51,398 nt of DNA from Patescibacteria group bacterium (GCA_018830125.1 JAHJSY010000002.1:1-51398), one strand, 5' to 3'. Positions 41,794-50,239 are shown, counted from the stretch's first letter. Translations and numbers: made by a program. Notes: generated from the letters alone by a model not told the origin.

Positions 41794-43230
41794 ATGCTTG
41801 ATAGAATTATTAAAAAGCAAATTTTCAAAAATACTTTTTGGTTAGGATTAAGCGAAGGCATTTCTCGCTTAGCCATGTTTTTGTTAATAATTTATGTAGC
41901 TAGAATATTAGGACCAAATCAGTTTGGAGTTTTTAGCTTTGCTTTAGCTTTTTGTTCTCTCTTTTTAATTTTTTCTCACCTTGGACTCTCTGAAATTATT
42001 ATCAGAGAATTAGCGGAAGACAAAGAAAATGAAAAAAAATACCCAGCAATTTTAACTTTAAAAATCTCTTTATCTATTTTTGCTTATCTCCTTTTATTTT
42101 TGAGCTCTTTTTTTATTAGTAATGAAATGAGAAAGATTGTTTGGATTTTAGGAATATATGTTCTATCTAATAATTTTTTGATTATTATTTACGCTTTCTT
42201 CCGAGCTCGTCAAAAAATGAAATATGAGGCAGGAATAAAAATTATCCAATCATTTTTAATCCTTGGAATGGGTTTTATTTTGCTTAAATATATTCCTTCA
42301 GTGGAAACACTGGGTTATGTTTTGTTTGGGTCAACATTATTGACTATACTTTTCGTTTTAACACTCTTCTCTATATTCATAATGCCGATTTCTCTTTCTT
42401 TTGACTTCGCTGTCTGGAAAAATTTTTTAAAACTTTCTTGGCCATTGGGTCTTGCTGTTGCGATCGGAGTAATTTTATTAAGGATTAATTCGGTCATGAT
42501 GGGTTATCTAGGTCAATTAACCGAAGTTGGATGGTATAATGCTGCTTACCGCATTGTAGGAATAGCTATAATTTTTTCAGCGTTAATGCTTTCAAGTTTT
42601 TTCCCTGCTTTAAGTAAGATATTCAAAGAATCAAAAGAGCGAGCTGAACAGATATATAATCTATATCGAGAAATAACTATTGCTATCGCTGTTCCGCTTG
42701 TTGTGTCGGGGATAGTTCTATCATCTAAGATTATCTTATTTTTATATGGGGCAAGTTATTTGCCAGCCGTCTTGGCATTTCAAATTCTAATTGGCGTTGC
42801 TGGAATAAATTTTCTTTATAATCCTTATAGTATGATGTTTGTAGTTTCTAATAAACAAAAAGCAATATTAATTATTAGTTCTATTACAGTCGGGATCAAC
42901 ATAGTATTAAATATTATTTTAATTCCTCGCTATAGTCTTTATGGAGCGGCTATAGCAACCCTGATAAGTTATTTAATCCTTTTATTTATTACATTTGAAA
43001 TTTCGCGAAGACTTAATCTCTTTAATCTTGTTTATCGGAATCTATTTAAAACATTGATTATTTCTATTTTTTCTACTATGATGATGATAGGAATCATTAC
43101 AATACCATACATATTTTCTCTTCATATTTTGCTTTTAATTGCTTTGGGAATAGTAATTTACTTAACAATTTTATTTTTCTTTATCCAAGTAGGTCTTCTT
43201 GGATTAAATCTTAAACATTGGCTAACCTAA
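41794..43230 (+). CDS. wzx: Wzx-like MOP-superfamily polysaccharide flippase
   Basis: 478 aa, about 12-14 TM helices. N-terminal NTFWLGLSEGISRLAMFLLIIYVARILGP is typical of polysaccharide biosynthesis (Wzx) proteins. Confidence 0.8.
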   Translation: MLDRIIKKQIFKNTFWLGLSEGISRLAMFLLIIYVARILGPNQFGVFSFALAFCSLFLIFSHLGLSEIIIRELAEDKENEKKYPAILTLKISLSIFAYLLLFLSSFFISNEMRKIVWILGIYVLSNNFLIIIYAFFRARQKMKYEAGIKIIQSFLILGMGFILLKYIPSVETLGYVLFGSTLLTILFVLTLFSIFIMPISLSFDFAVWKNFLKLSWPLGLAVAIGVILLRINSVMMGYLGQLTEVGWYNAAYRIVGIAIIFSALMLSSFFPALSKIFKESKERAEQIYNLYREITIAIAVPLVVSGIVLSSKIILFLYGASYLPAVLAFQILIGVAGINFLYNPYSMMFVVSNKQKAILIISSITVGINIVLNIILIPRYSLYGAAIATLISYLILLFITFEISRRLNLFNLVYRNLFKTLIISIFSTMMMIGIITIPYIFSLHILLLIALGIVIYLTILFFFIQVGLLGLNLKHWLT

Positions 43231-43235
43231 AAAAT

Positions 43236-43952
43236 ATGTTTAACATAATTGAACCAATATATAAATTAATAAGAAAACCTCGTTTTCGCTACTCGTTATT
43301 TATTGAAGGTATGCGGAGGTTGTTTTACACTTACGATGAAAGAGAAGCAGTAATGAAAAGAATAATGGAGTGGGCCTTTTTTAGAGATTTAAAAGGTGAT
43401 TATATGGAATTTGGGGTATATGAAGGAAATAGCTTTATTAGGGCATTTTATTTCGCAAAATTCAGAAAACTTTCCGCTATGAAATTTTATGCCTTTGATT
43501 CATTTTCTGGCTATCCGCCCCTAGAAGGAATTGATAAAGATTGCGGTTATTTTGAAGAAAATGGATATGAGGCTGATTTAAAAACATTCAAAAAAAATCT
43601 TACAAGAGCTGGGGTGGACATGAAAAGAGTTAGAATTATACCTAGTTTGTTTAGCGAACTTAATCAGAAAGCAAAAGAGAAGATTGAAAGCAAGGTAGCT
43701 TCAGTGGTTTGGATAGACTGCGATCTTTATAAGGCCACCCTGGAGTCTCTTAATTTTTTAAATAATTATATTACCGATGGAACTATTATAGTTTTTGCTG
43801 ATTGGTTTGCCTGTAACGGAGCTCTTCATATGGGTCAGCCAAGAGCTGTTCGGGAATGGTTAGAAAATAATCCGAATATAAAACTAATAGAATTTTCTAA
43901 TCTTTGCGGAAAGGTATTTATTGTTTCTTCGGTTCAAAAAATTGAATTATGA
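43236..43952 (+). CDS. TylF/MycF-like O-methyltransferase
   Basis: GDYMEFGVYEGNS ... VVWIDCDLYKATLESLNFL resembles the macrocin-O-methyltransferase family. The track start is a TTG at 43218. Confidence 0.65.
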   Translation: MFNIIEPIYKLIRKPRFRYSLFIEGMRRLFYTYDEREAVMKRIMEWAFFRDLKGDYMEFGVYEGNSFIRAFYFAKFRKLSAMKFYAFDSFSGYPPLEGIDKDCGYFEENGYEADLKTFKKNLTRAGVDMKRVRIIPSLFSELNQKAKEKIESKVASVVWIDCDLYKATLESLNFLNNYITDGTIIVFADWFACNGALHMGQPRAVREWLENNPNIKLIEFSNLCGKVFIVSSVQKIEL

Positions 43953-45037
43953 AAATAGAAAAAATAAAAAGAATACTTCCAGACAACTTAAAAAGAATTA
44001 TTAAAAATAAATATAGAAGCTTAGTCGGTTCTAAGTCCCTAGAGGTCATATTAGAAGAAGAAATTGAGAAAAATATTATTCCAGGTAAGCCCCTTCTTCT
44101 TTATGTTGCTAACAGATATAATTACGGAGACCATACTCGAGGATTAGGCTATGTTCATTATAATTTTTATAATAGTTTTTTACGCTTAGGATATTCATTC
44201 ATTTATTTTGATTATGATCGTATTGCTCAACGTTTCGGAGCCAAAAAAACCTCTCAAATGTTACGCGAGGCAATTTATCATTATCAGCCAGAATTTCTTT
44301 TTTATTTTCATTGTCGAGATATTATTGATCATTTGGTTTGGAAAGAAGTATCAAATGAACTTCCGACAAAGACCATAATTTATCTTGCTGATGATTTTTG
44401 GCGTTATAAGTTTACTCAATCCGTATCAAGTTTGTTTAATCTAATTGTTACTCTTGATAAAGATGCCCACAAAAGACGTCTTAGCCAGGGATTTTCAAAT
44501 GTGTTTTTCTCCCAATGGGGGATAAATCAGTTTATGTATCGCGATCTTGGACTCAAACGCATATACGATGTTAGTTTTATTGGTCAAGCATACGGAGACA
44601 GAGCTAAAATTATAAATAGGCTTCGTGAGGCAGGAATTAAAGTAAATACATTCGGGCAGGGTTGGCCAGGACAAAAAAGGATCGGGCAAGGAGATCTCTT
44701 AAAAATATATAATCAGAGTAAAATCGTATTTAATATTTCTTCTACCTCGCATGGAAATTTTGCTATCAATGCTCGTGATTTCGAAGCTCCAGCTTGCGGA
44801 GCACTTCTTTTTACTCATGATATAGTTGATATTTATGATTATTTTGTACCAAATAAGGAAATTATCACTTATCGTGATTTTAATGATGCAATAAAAAAGA
44901 TTAAATATTATTTAAAGAATCAAGAGGAAGCCAAGTTGATTGCAAGGGCTGGACAGAAGCGTGTTTTAGTAGACCATACTTATGAAAAAAGATTTCAAGA
45001 AATTTTTAAAAGGATTGGCAAGAGCTCCTTATCATAA
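43949..45037 (+). CDS. CgeB-like (Glyco_trans_1_2 / DUF3880-type) glycosyltransferase
   Basis: C-terminal NARDFEAPACGALLFTH ... EAKLIARAGQKRVLVDHTYEKRFQEIF. Confidence 0.6.
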   Translation: MKIEKIKRILPDNLKRIIKNKYRSLVGSKSLEVILEEEIEKNIIPGKPLLLYVANRYNYGDHTRGLGYVHYNFYNSFLRLGYSFIYFDYDRIAQRFGAKKTSQMLREAIYHYQPEFLFYFHCRDIIDHLVWKEVSNELPTKTIIYLADDFWRYKFTQSVSSLFNLIVTLDKDAHKRRLSQGFSNVFFSQWGINQFMYRDLGLKRIYDVSFIGQAYGDRAKIINRLREAGIKVNTFGQGWPGQKRIGQGDLLKIYNQSKIVFNISSTSHGNFAINARDFEAPACGALLFTHDIVDIYDYFVPNKEIITYRDFNDAIKKIKYYLKNQEEAKLIARAGQKRVLVDHTYEKRFQEIFKRIGKSSLS

Positions 45038-45725
45038 ATTAGGATTAGGAATAAAGTTAAACGAGCCATTAATAAGTGATCTGGCTCAATATTTTTCCTT
45101 GAATAGAAAAGAGGTTATTTTTTATTTAAAAAATAGTAAAAAATTAAATGCCGATCTTTGGAATATATCTAGCCCTAAAACCGAACAAGAAATAGAACAA
45201 TTCTATGCCTTCACTCCTTATTATGTTTTCGCTTTAGCTTATTGGCACATGAAAAAGTATCAAAGAAATCTTCGCCAAAATATATTAAATTATGCTTATG
45301 GAGATATTTTAGATTATGGAGCAGGAATGGGTGATTTATGCTTAGATCTTTCTAAAGAACCTCTATTTTCCTCTATCACCTATGCCGATGTGGGCGGCAA
45401 AACATTTAATTTTGCCAAATGGCTTCTTGGAAAAAATGATGCATCTATTAAGGTAATTAATTTAGATAAAGAAAAAATTCAAGGACCATACGATACGATT
45501 ATTTGCATTGATGTTATTGAGCATATTTTAAATCCCGAAAACCTAATCAAAAATCTTAATAATAATTTAAAAAGTGGAGGCAGGTTAATTATAACAAATC
45601 TAGAAATTAAAGAGGTTTCAAAACAAGATCCCATGCATTTCGGACTTAAATTTGACGCCAAAGAATATTTACAGTCATTAGGATTAATTAATAAAGATTT
45701 TTCTTGGTTATGGATAAAAAATTAG
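44982..45725 (+). CDS. Class I SAM-dependent methyltransferase
   Basis: ILDYGAGMGDL and YDTIICIDVIEHI. Confidence 0.75.
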   Translation: MKKDFKKFLKGLARAPYHKLGLGIKLNEPLISDLAQYFSLNRKEVIFYLKNSKKLNADLWNISSPKTEQEIEQFYAFTPYYVFALAYWHMKKYQRNLRQNILNYAYGDILDYGAGMGDLCLDLSKEPLFSSITYADVGGKTFNFAKWLLGKNDASIKVINLDKEKIQGPYDTIICIDVIEHILNPENLIKNLNNNLKSGGRLIITNLEIKEVSKQDPMHFGLKFDAKEYLQSLGLINKDFSWLWIKN

Positions 45726-46513
45726 TCTCTATAATTCTCGCAACCCATAATAGGAGATATTGTATTGAAAAAGCTATCAAATCTGTTTTAAGTCAGACCT
45801 ATTTTGATTGGGAGCTTTTAATTATTAATGATGGTTCTACTGATGAGACACTTAATATTTTAAATAACTATAAAGATTCAAGAATTAAAATTATTAGTAA
45901 CAAAGAAAATATTGGTTTTGTTAAATCATTAAATAAGGGATTGAGCATGGCTAAAGGAAAATATATTGCTCGTCTAGATGATGATGATTATTGGTCTGAC
46001 AAAGATAAGCTTAAAAAACAGGTTAATTTTTTAGAAGATAATCCTAAATATGTTTTGGTCGGTGGGTGGGCAATTAGAGTAAACGAGAGTGGCAAGGAGA
46101 TAGGAAAAATTATAGTTCCCGAAAAAGACAAGGATATTAGAAAAACGATGCTTATTACTTGCCCCTTTGTTCATAGTAGCGTTTTATTCAAAAATGGGTT
46201 AGTATCAGGATATGATGATTCTTTGTATTTTTCCCAGGACTCTGATATGTGGGCAAAATTAGGGAAAACTGGTAAAATATATAATTTCCAACAGCCACTT
46301 ATCCATTTTTTAGATGGAGATTATAATAGAACAGATAAAAGAAAACATTATCATTTATGGTTGAAACAAAAAGTAAGGGTTAGGCATAGAAAAGATTATC
46401 CTAATTTTTATAAAGCTTATTTTATCGGTTGGGGAGCTTATTTGTTTTCTTTCTTGCCTTTCCAAAAAAAACTAAAACCATTATATCTTAAAATAAGAAG
46501 AATTTTTATATGA
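45710..46513 (+). CDS. Glycosyltransferase family 2
   Basis: VSIILATHNRRYCIEKAIKSVLSQTYFDWELLIINDGSTD and RLDDDD. Confidence 0.9.
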   Translation: MDKKLVSIILATHNRRYCIEKAIKSVLSQTYFDWELLIINDGSTDETLNILNNYKDSRIKIISNKENIGFVKSLNKGLSMAKGKYIARLDDDDYWSDKDKLKKQVNFLEDNPKYVLVGGWAIRVNESGKEIGKIIVPEKDKDIRKTMLITCPFVHSSVLFKNGLVSGYDDSLYFSQDSDMWAKLGKTGKIYNFQQPLIHFLDGDYNRTDKRKHYHLWLKQKVRVRHRKDYPNFYKAYFIGWGAYLFSFLPFQKKLKPLYLKIRRIFI

Positions 46514-47589
46514 AAAAAAGATTATTAGATTTTATAGTTTGTCCATCTTGCGGAAAAGACCTTTCTATAAGGGCTTTTAAGGAGAGTGAAGAAGAAATAG
46601 AAGATGGGTTGCTTCTTTGTTCTTGTGGTCAGTTTTTCCCTATAATTAATCGTATTCCCCGTATTTTGATAGGAGAATTAAGAAAAAGTGTTTACAAGCA
46701 GTTTCCAAACTTTTTTGTAAAGTATAAAGAACTTTTGCCCGTAGAAGGATTTAAGGATATAAATTATGATAAGTTGCAAAAAAAGAAAACATTAAAAAGT
46801 TTTAGTTATTTATGGAGCAAATATCCAAAAGATTTAAATGAATGGGAGAAAAACTTTAAATTTTATTTTGAACCCATAGGAGGTCTTGAGAAGCTTAAAG
46901 ACAAAGTAATTTTAGACGCTGGGTGTGGTAATGGAAGACATACTTATTGTGCTTCTAAATATGCTAAAGAAATAGTTGCCTTTGATTTAAGCCAATCGGT
47001 AGATATGGCTTATCATTATAATAAAGATAATCATAATGTTCATTTTTTCCAAGCAGATATTTATAATTTGCCACTTAAAAGGAATCTTTTTGAATTTATT
47101 TTTAGCATTGGGGTTCTTCATTATTTACCCTTTCCAGAAAAAGGGTTTAAAAAATTAATAGGGTTATTAAAAGATGGATCTGGTATTTTGGTTTACGTTT
47201 ATCATAGTTTTCCTAAAACTAGCCTAAACTTTTATTTAGTAATGCTTACCAATTTTATGCGTCGTTTTACAACGAAAATGCCGTATAAATTACTTTATTT
47301 CTTATCTTATCCAGTTGCTATTCTATCTTATTTGATTTTTGTTGTTCCATATATAATTTTGACCAAAGTTTTTAGAATTAAAAAATTAACTCAAACTAAT
47401 TGGCCATTAAAACTATATTCAAGGTATCCATTTAACGTCTTAATAAATGATACCTTTGATAGATTCTCTCCGCCGCTAGAACATAGATATTCTAAACAAG
47501 AAATTCTTGCTTGGTATGAAAGAAAGAATTTACGAGATATAGAGATTTTAGGCGAAGGTGGTTGGAGAATCTTTGGTTTGAAAAAATGA
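46510..47589 (+). CDS. Trm112-like zinc-ribbon + class I methyltransferase + C-terminal TM segments
   Basis: LLDFIVCPSCGKDL...LLCSCGQFFPIINRIPRIL (Trm112 type). ILDAGCGNGRH. Hydrophobic YFLSYPVAILSYLIFVVPYIIL. Confidence 0.75.
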   Translation: MKKRLLDFIVCPSCGKDLSIRAFKESEEEIEDGLLLCSCGQFFPIINRIPRILIGELRKSVYKQFPNFFVKYKELLPVEGFKDINYDKLQKKKTLKSFSYLWSKYPKDLNEWEKNFKFYFEPIGGLEKLKDKVILDAGCGNGRHTYCASKYAKEIVAFDLSQSVDMAYHYNKDNHNVHFFQADIYNLPLKRNLFEFIFSIGVLHYLPFPEKGFKKLIGLLKDGSGILVYVYHSFPKTSLNFYLVMLTNFMRRFTTKMPYKLLYFLSYPVAILSYLIFVVPYIILTKVFRIKKLTQTNWPLKLYSRYPFNVLINDTFDRFSPPLEHRYSKQEILAWYERKNLRDIEILGEGGWRIFGLKK

Positions 47590-48746
47590 GAAACTCTAAA
47601 ATAAAAGTTTGTCGTGTTGCTAATACAGACATAGCTGTAAAGTTTTTATTACTCAATCAATTAAAGTTTTTAAAAAACAGGGGCTATGATGTTTCTGTGG
47701 TTTGTTCTGATGGAGGATTAATAGATGATATAAAAAAGAATGGGATAAAGATAAAGATTGTCAATTTCAATAGAGGCCTTAATATCTTTAGCCATATAGT
47801 TTCTTTGTTTAAGTTATATTTTTATTTTAAAAAAGAGAAGTTTGATATTGTTCATACTCATACTCCAGTTCCAGGTCTTTTAGGGCAATTGGCAGCCAAG
47901 ATGGCTGGTGTCCCTATTATTATAAATACTATTCACGGATTTTATTTTGCCGATAGCTCCAATTTCCTAAAGAGAAATTTCTATGCTTTCATAGAAAAAC
48001 TTTCGGCTAAATTTTCTGATTCAATTCTTTCTGTTAGTCAGGGAATTATTGATACAGCTATTGAAGAAAAAATTTGCCGAGAAGACCTATTGCATTATTT
48101 AGGAAGAGATATTGATATTGATAGATTTAACCCAGATAAGTTTTCTACAGATTTTATTCTTCAAAAAAAGAAAGAGCTTGGAATTAATCCAGACAAGAGA
48201 GTTATTGGCATTGTTGGTCGCTTGGTTAAAGAGAAAGGATACCTAGAATTGTTTCAAGCTTTTAAAGATGTTCTTAAAAGGTTCCCTAATACATCGCTTT
48301 TAATCATTGGACCAGAAGAATCTAAAAAGAAAGACAAGATAAACTCAAATCTTATTAAAATACTTGCTACCAAGAAGAACATTTTCTTTTTAGGTCAAAG
48401 GACAGATGTTGATGAACTTTATGCTCTTATGGATATTTTTGTTTTACCATCATATAGAGAAGGTATCGGAGCATCTATTTTAGAAGCATCAGCAATGGGT
48501 AAACCAGTAATATCTACTAATATTCCTGGTTGTCGCGAAGCTGTTGACGAGAAGAAGACGGGGATTTTAGTTCCAGCTAAAGATTCGGAAAAGCTTGCCG
48601 AAGCAATAATTTATTTATTTGAAAATCCAGAAAAAGCCAAACAGTTTGGGCAAGCAGGAAGAGAAAAGATAAAAAGAGAATTTTCTGGGAACATCGTTCT
48701 TGATAGAATAGAAAAAGAATACACTCGCCTAATAGAAGAAAAATGA
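47586..48746 (+). CDS. Glycosyltransferase GT4
   Basis: PSYREGIGASILEASAMGKPVISTNIPGCREAV. ATGA overlap at 47586. Confidence 0.9.
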   Translation: MRNSKIKVCRVANTDIAVKFLLLNQLKFLKNRGYDVSVVCSDGGLIDDIKKNGIKIKIVNFNRGLNIFSHIVSLFKLYFYFKKEKFDIVHTHTPVPGLLGQLAAKMAGVPIIINTIHGFYFADSSNFLKRNFYAFIEKLSAKFSDSILSVSQGIIDTAIEEKICREDLLHYLGRDIDIDRFNPDKFSTDFILQKKKELGINPDKRVIGIVGRLVKEKGYLELFQAFKDVLKRFPNTSLLIIGPEESKKKDKINSNLIKILATKKNIFFLGQRTDVDELYALMDIFVLPSYREGIGASILEASAMGKPVISTNIPGCREAVDEKKTGILVPAKDSEKLAEAIIYLFENPEKAKQFGQAGREKIKREFSGNIVLDRIEKEYTRLIEEK

Positions 48747-48772
48747 AGGAGGCTCGACCTCCTTCATTTTTT
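48743..48772 (+). terminator. Intrinsic terminator ending the glycan operon
   Basis: tgaaggagg-ctcga-cctccttca followed by tttttt. The stop codon is inside the stem. Confidence 0.85.
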
Positions 48773-48783
48773 GTTTGAAGAGG

Positions 48784-48812
48784 TTGCTTTTTTGAGAGAT
48801 TTAAGGTATTAT
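48784..48812 (+). promoter_or_regulatory. Promoter TTGCTT-17-TATTAT, 5 nt upstream of ATG 48818
   Basis: Exact 17-nt spacer. Resembles the island P5 -35 context (TTGCTTTTGAG). Confidence 0.5.
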
Positions 48813-48817
48813 GAAGT

Positions 48818-49024
48818 ATGAGCAATGTTACTAAAAAAGAAAACTTTTTGATAGAACATAATAAATTATCTCCTATTAATTTACAAGCTACAATTCCGAT
48901 GCTTTCTCAGTTCAAGATAGACAAAGCATCAATTTTTAAAGATAATGAGTGGTCTTTAGATAAGCTTCGTCGTCCTTTCATTTTATGGCTTACTTCCGCA
49001 GATCATTCGGAATTAGATAAATAA
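48818..49024 (+). CDS. Hypothetical 68-aa protein
   Basis: ORF with an adjacent promoter. No recognisable motif. Confidence 0.4.
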   Translation: MSNVTKKENFLIEHNKLSPINLQATIPMLSQFKIDKASIFKDNEWSLDKLRRPFILWLTSADHSELDK

Positions 49025-49043
49025 TAATTAAAAGAATAAAAAC

Positions 49044-49139
49044 ATGGGTATTGGATGGGCAAATAAAAAAAGATTGGACAGAAAAGCGAAGAAAAAACAA
49101 GCTGGCAGACCTCTGCCAAAAAAGAAAAAGAAAAGATGA
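49044..49139 (+). CDS. Possible 31-aa highly basic peptide (not in the ORF track)
   Basis: MGIGWANKKRLDRKAKKKQAGRPLPKKKKKR. Its stop overlaps the next gene's start as ATGA (49136-49139). Confidence 0.25.
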   Translation: MGIGWANKKRLDRKAKKKQAGRPLPKKKKKR

Positions 49140-49351
49140 AAATACTTGTTAGTGTTAAAAGTGGAGCGAGGGAAGATGAAATTGAGAAGATTGATAACAC
49201 GCATTATATTATTTCTGTCAAAGAAAGACCAGTAAAGGGGCAAGCCAATAAGGGGGTTGTCCGAGTTTTAGCTGATTATTTGGGAGTATCTAAATCAAGA
49301 ATAAAAATGAAATCAGGTTTTACCTCTTCCGAAAAAACCCTAGAAATCTAA
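49136..49351 (+). CDS. DUF167 (YggU-like) family protein
   Basis: VSVKSGAREDEI...ISVKERPVKGQANKGVVRVLADYLGVSKSRIKMKSGFTSSEKTLEI matches the DUF167 pattern (P..GkAN ... G.tsr.K). Confidence 0.75.
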   Translation: MKILVSVKSGAREDEIEKIDNTHYIISVKERPVKGQANKGVVRVLADYLGVSKSRIKMKSGFTSSEKTLEI

Positions 49352-49352
49352 A

Positions 49353-49384
49353 ACAAAATGTTAGAGACCGAGCCTCTAACAATT
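49353..49384 (+). repeat. Hairpin motif acaaaatgttagagaccgagcctctaacaatt (copy 1)
   Basis: Near-identical 31-nt copy at 50165-50195. Stem tgttagag / ctctaaca. Confidence 0.65.
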
Positions 49385-49396
49385 ATAATTAAATAT

Positions 49397-50140
49397 ATGA
49401 AAATAGTATTTTTAGGAACGGGAGAGGCGTTTGATGAGAATAATCCCAACAATTCTCACTTAGTAATTAGCAAAGAAGCTAAGCTTCTTTTGGATTGTGG
49501 CTTTACAACGCCATATCAATTATGGAGATATAATGATAATCAGAATTTATTAGACGCTGCATATATTAGTCACCTACATGGCGATCATTATTTTGGATTA
49601 CCTGCCTTGTTGGTTAGAATGTGGGAAGAGGGGAGGACAAAACCACTTACTATTATTTGCAAAAAGGGATTTGCCAAAAAGATTAAGGAGATGATGGAAT
49701 ATGCATATAGGGCATTTAGTTCTAATAAATTTGAGTATAAGATAAATTTTATAGAAGTTAATCCCGAAGATCATATTAAATTTAAAGATTTAAATTTATC
49801 TTTTGCTCTTGGGGAACATTCTTCGGAGGTTTTGGCTGTAAGAATAGACAATAATAATAAAAGTATTTGTTATAGCGGAGACGGAATGTTTACCGAACAG
49901 ACAGAAAGATTATATAAAGGTTCTGATTTAGTAATTCAAGAAACTTATTTATACGATAAAAAAACAATTGGGCATGCTTCTATTGTTGACGCAATTAAAA
50001 TGGCCGAAAGAAATGATATTAAATGTTTGGCTCTAACTCATATCAATAGAAACCTCAGGCCGAAAATAATTAAGAAGAAACCCTCAAGCAAAAAAGTTAA
50101 AATAATCGTTCCAAACCCCCTAGACAAGTACAAAGCATAA
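49397..50140 (+). CDS. MBL-fold metallo-hydrolase (RNase Z-like)
   Basis: MKIVFLGTGEAF and HLHGDHYFGLP (HxHxDH). Start moved to ATG 49397, with TATAAT at 49384-89 ending 7 nt upstream. Confidence 0.8.
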   Translation: MKIVFLGTGEAFDENNPNNSHLVISKEAKLLLDCGFTTPYQLWRYNDNQNLLDAAYISHLHGDHYFGLPALLVRMWEEGRTKPLTIICKKGFAKKIKEMMEYAYRAFSSNKFEYKINFIEVNPEDHIKFKDLNLSFALGEHSSEVLAVRIDNNNKSICYSGDGMFTEQTERLYKGSDLVIQETYLYDKKTIGHASIVDAIKMAERNDIKCLALTHINRNLRPKIIKKKPSSKKVKIIVPNPLDKYKA

Positions 50141-50141
50141 A

Positions 50142-50164
50142 ATGATAGACTCAGCGTCTATCAT
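50142..50164 (+). terminator. Hairpin atgatagac-tcagc-gtctatcat directly after the stop codon
   Basis: Perfect 9-bp stem with no T-run. Followed by copy 2 of the hairpin motif. Confidence 0.4.
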
Positions 50165-50195
50165 ACAAAATGCTAGAGACCAAGCTCTAACAATT
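50165..50195 (+). repeat. Hairpin motif acaaaatgctagagaccaagctctaacaatt (copy 2)
   Basis: Differs from the copy at 49353-49384 by 2 substitutions and a 1-nt indel. Confidence 0.65.
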
Positions 50196-50239
50196 CTAAG
50201 CTTCTTGTTTTTGAGACAGAAAAGAGTTAAGGTGGGGAT

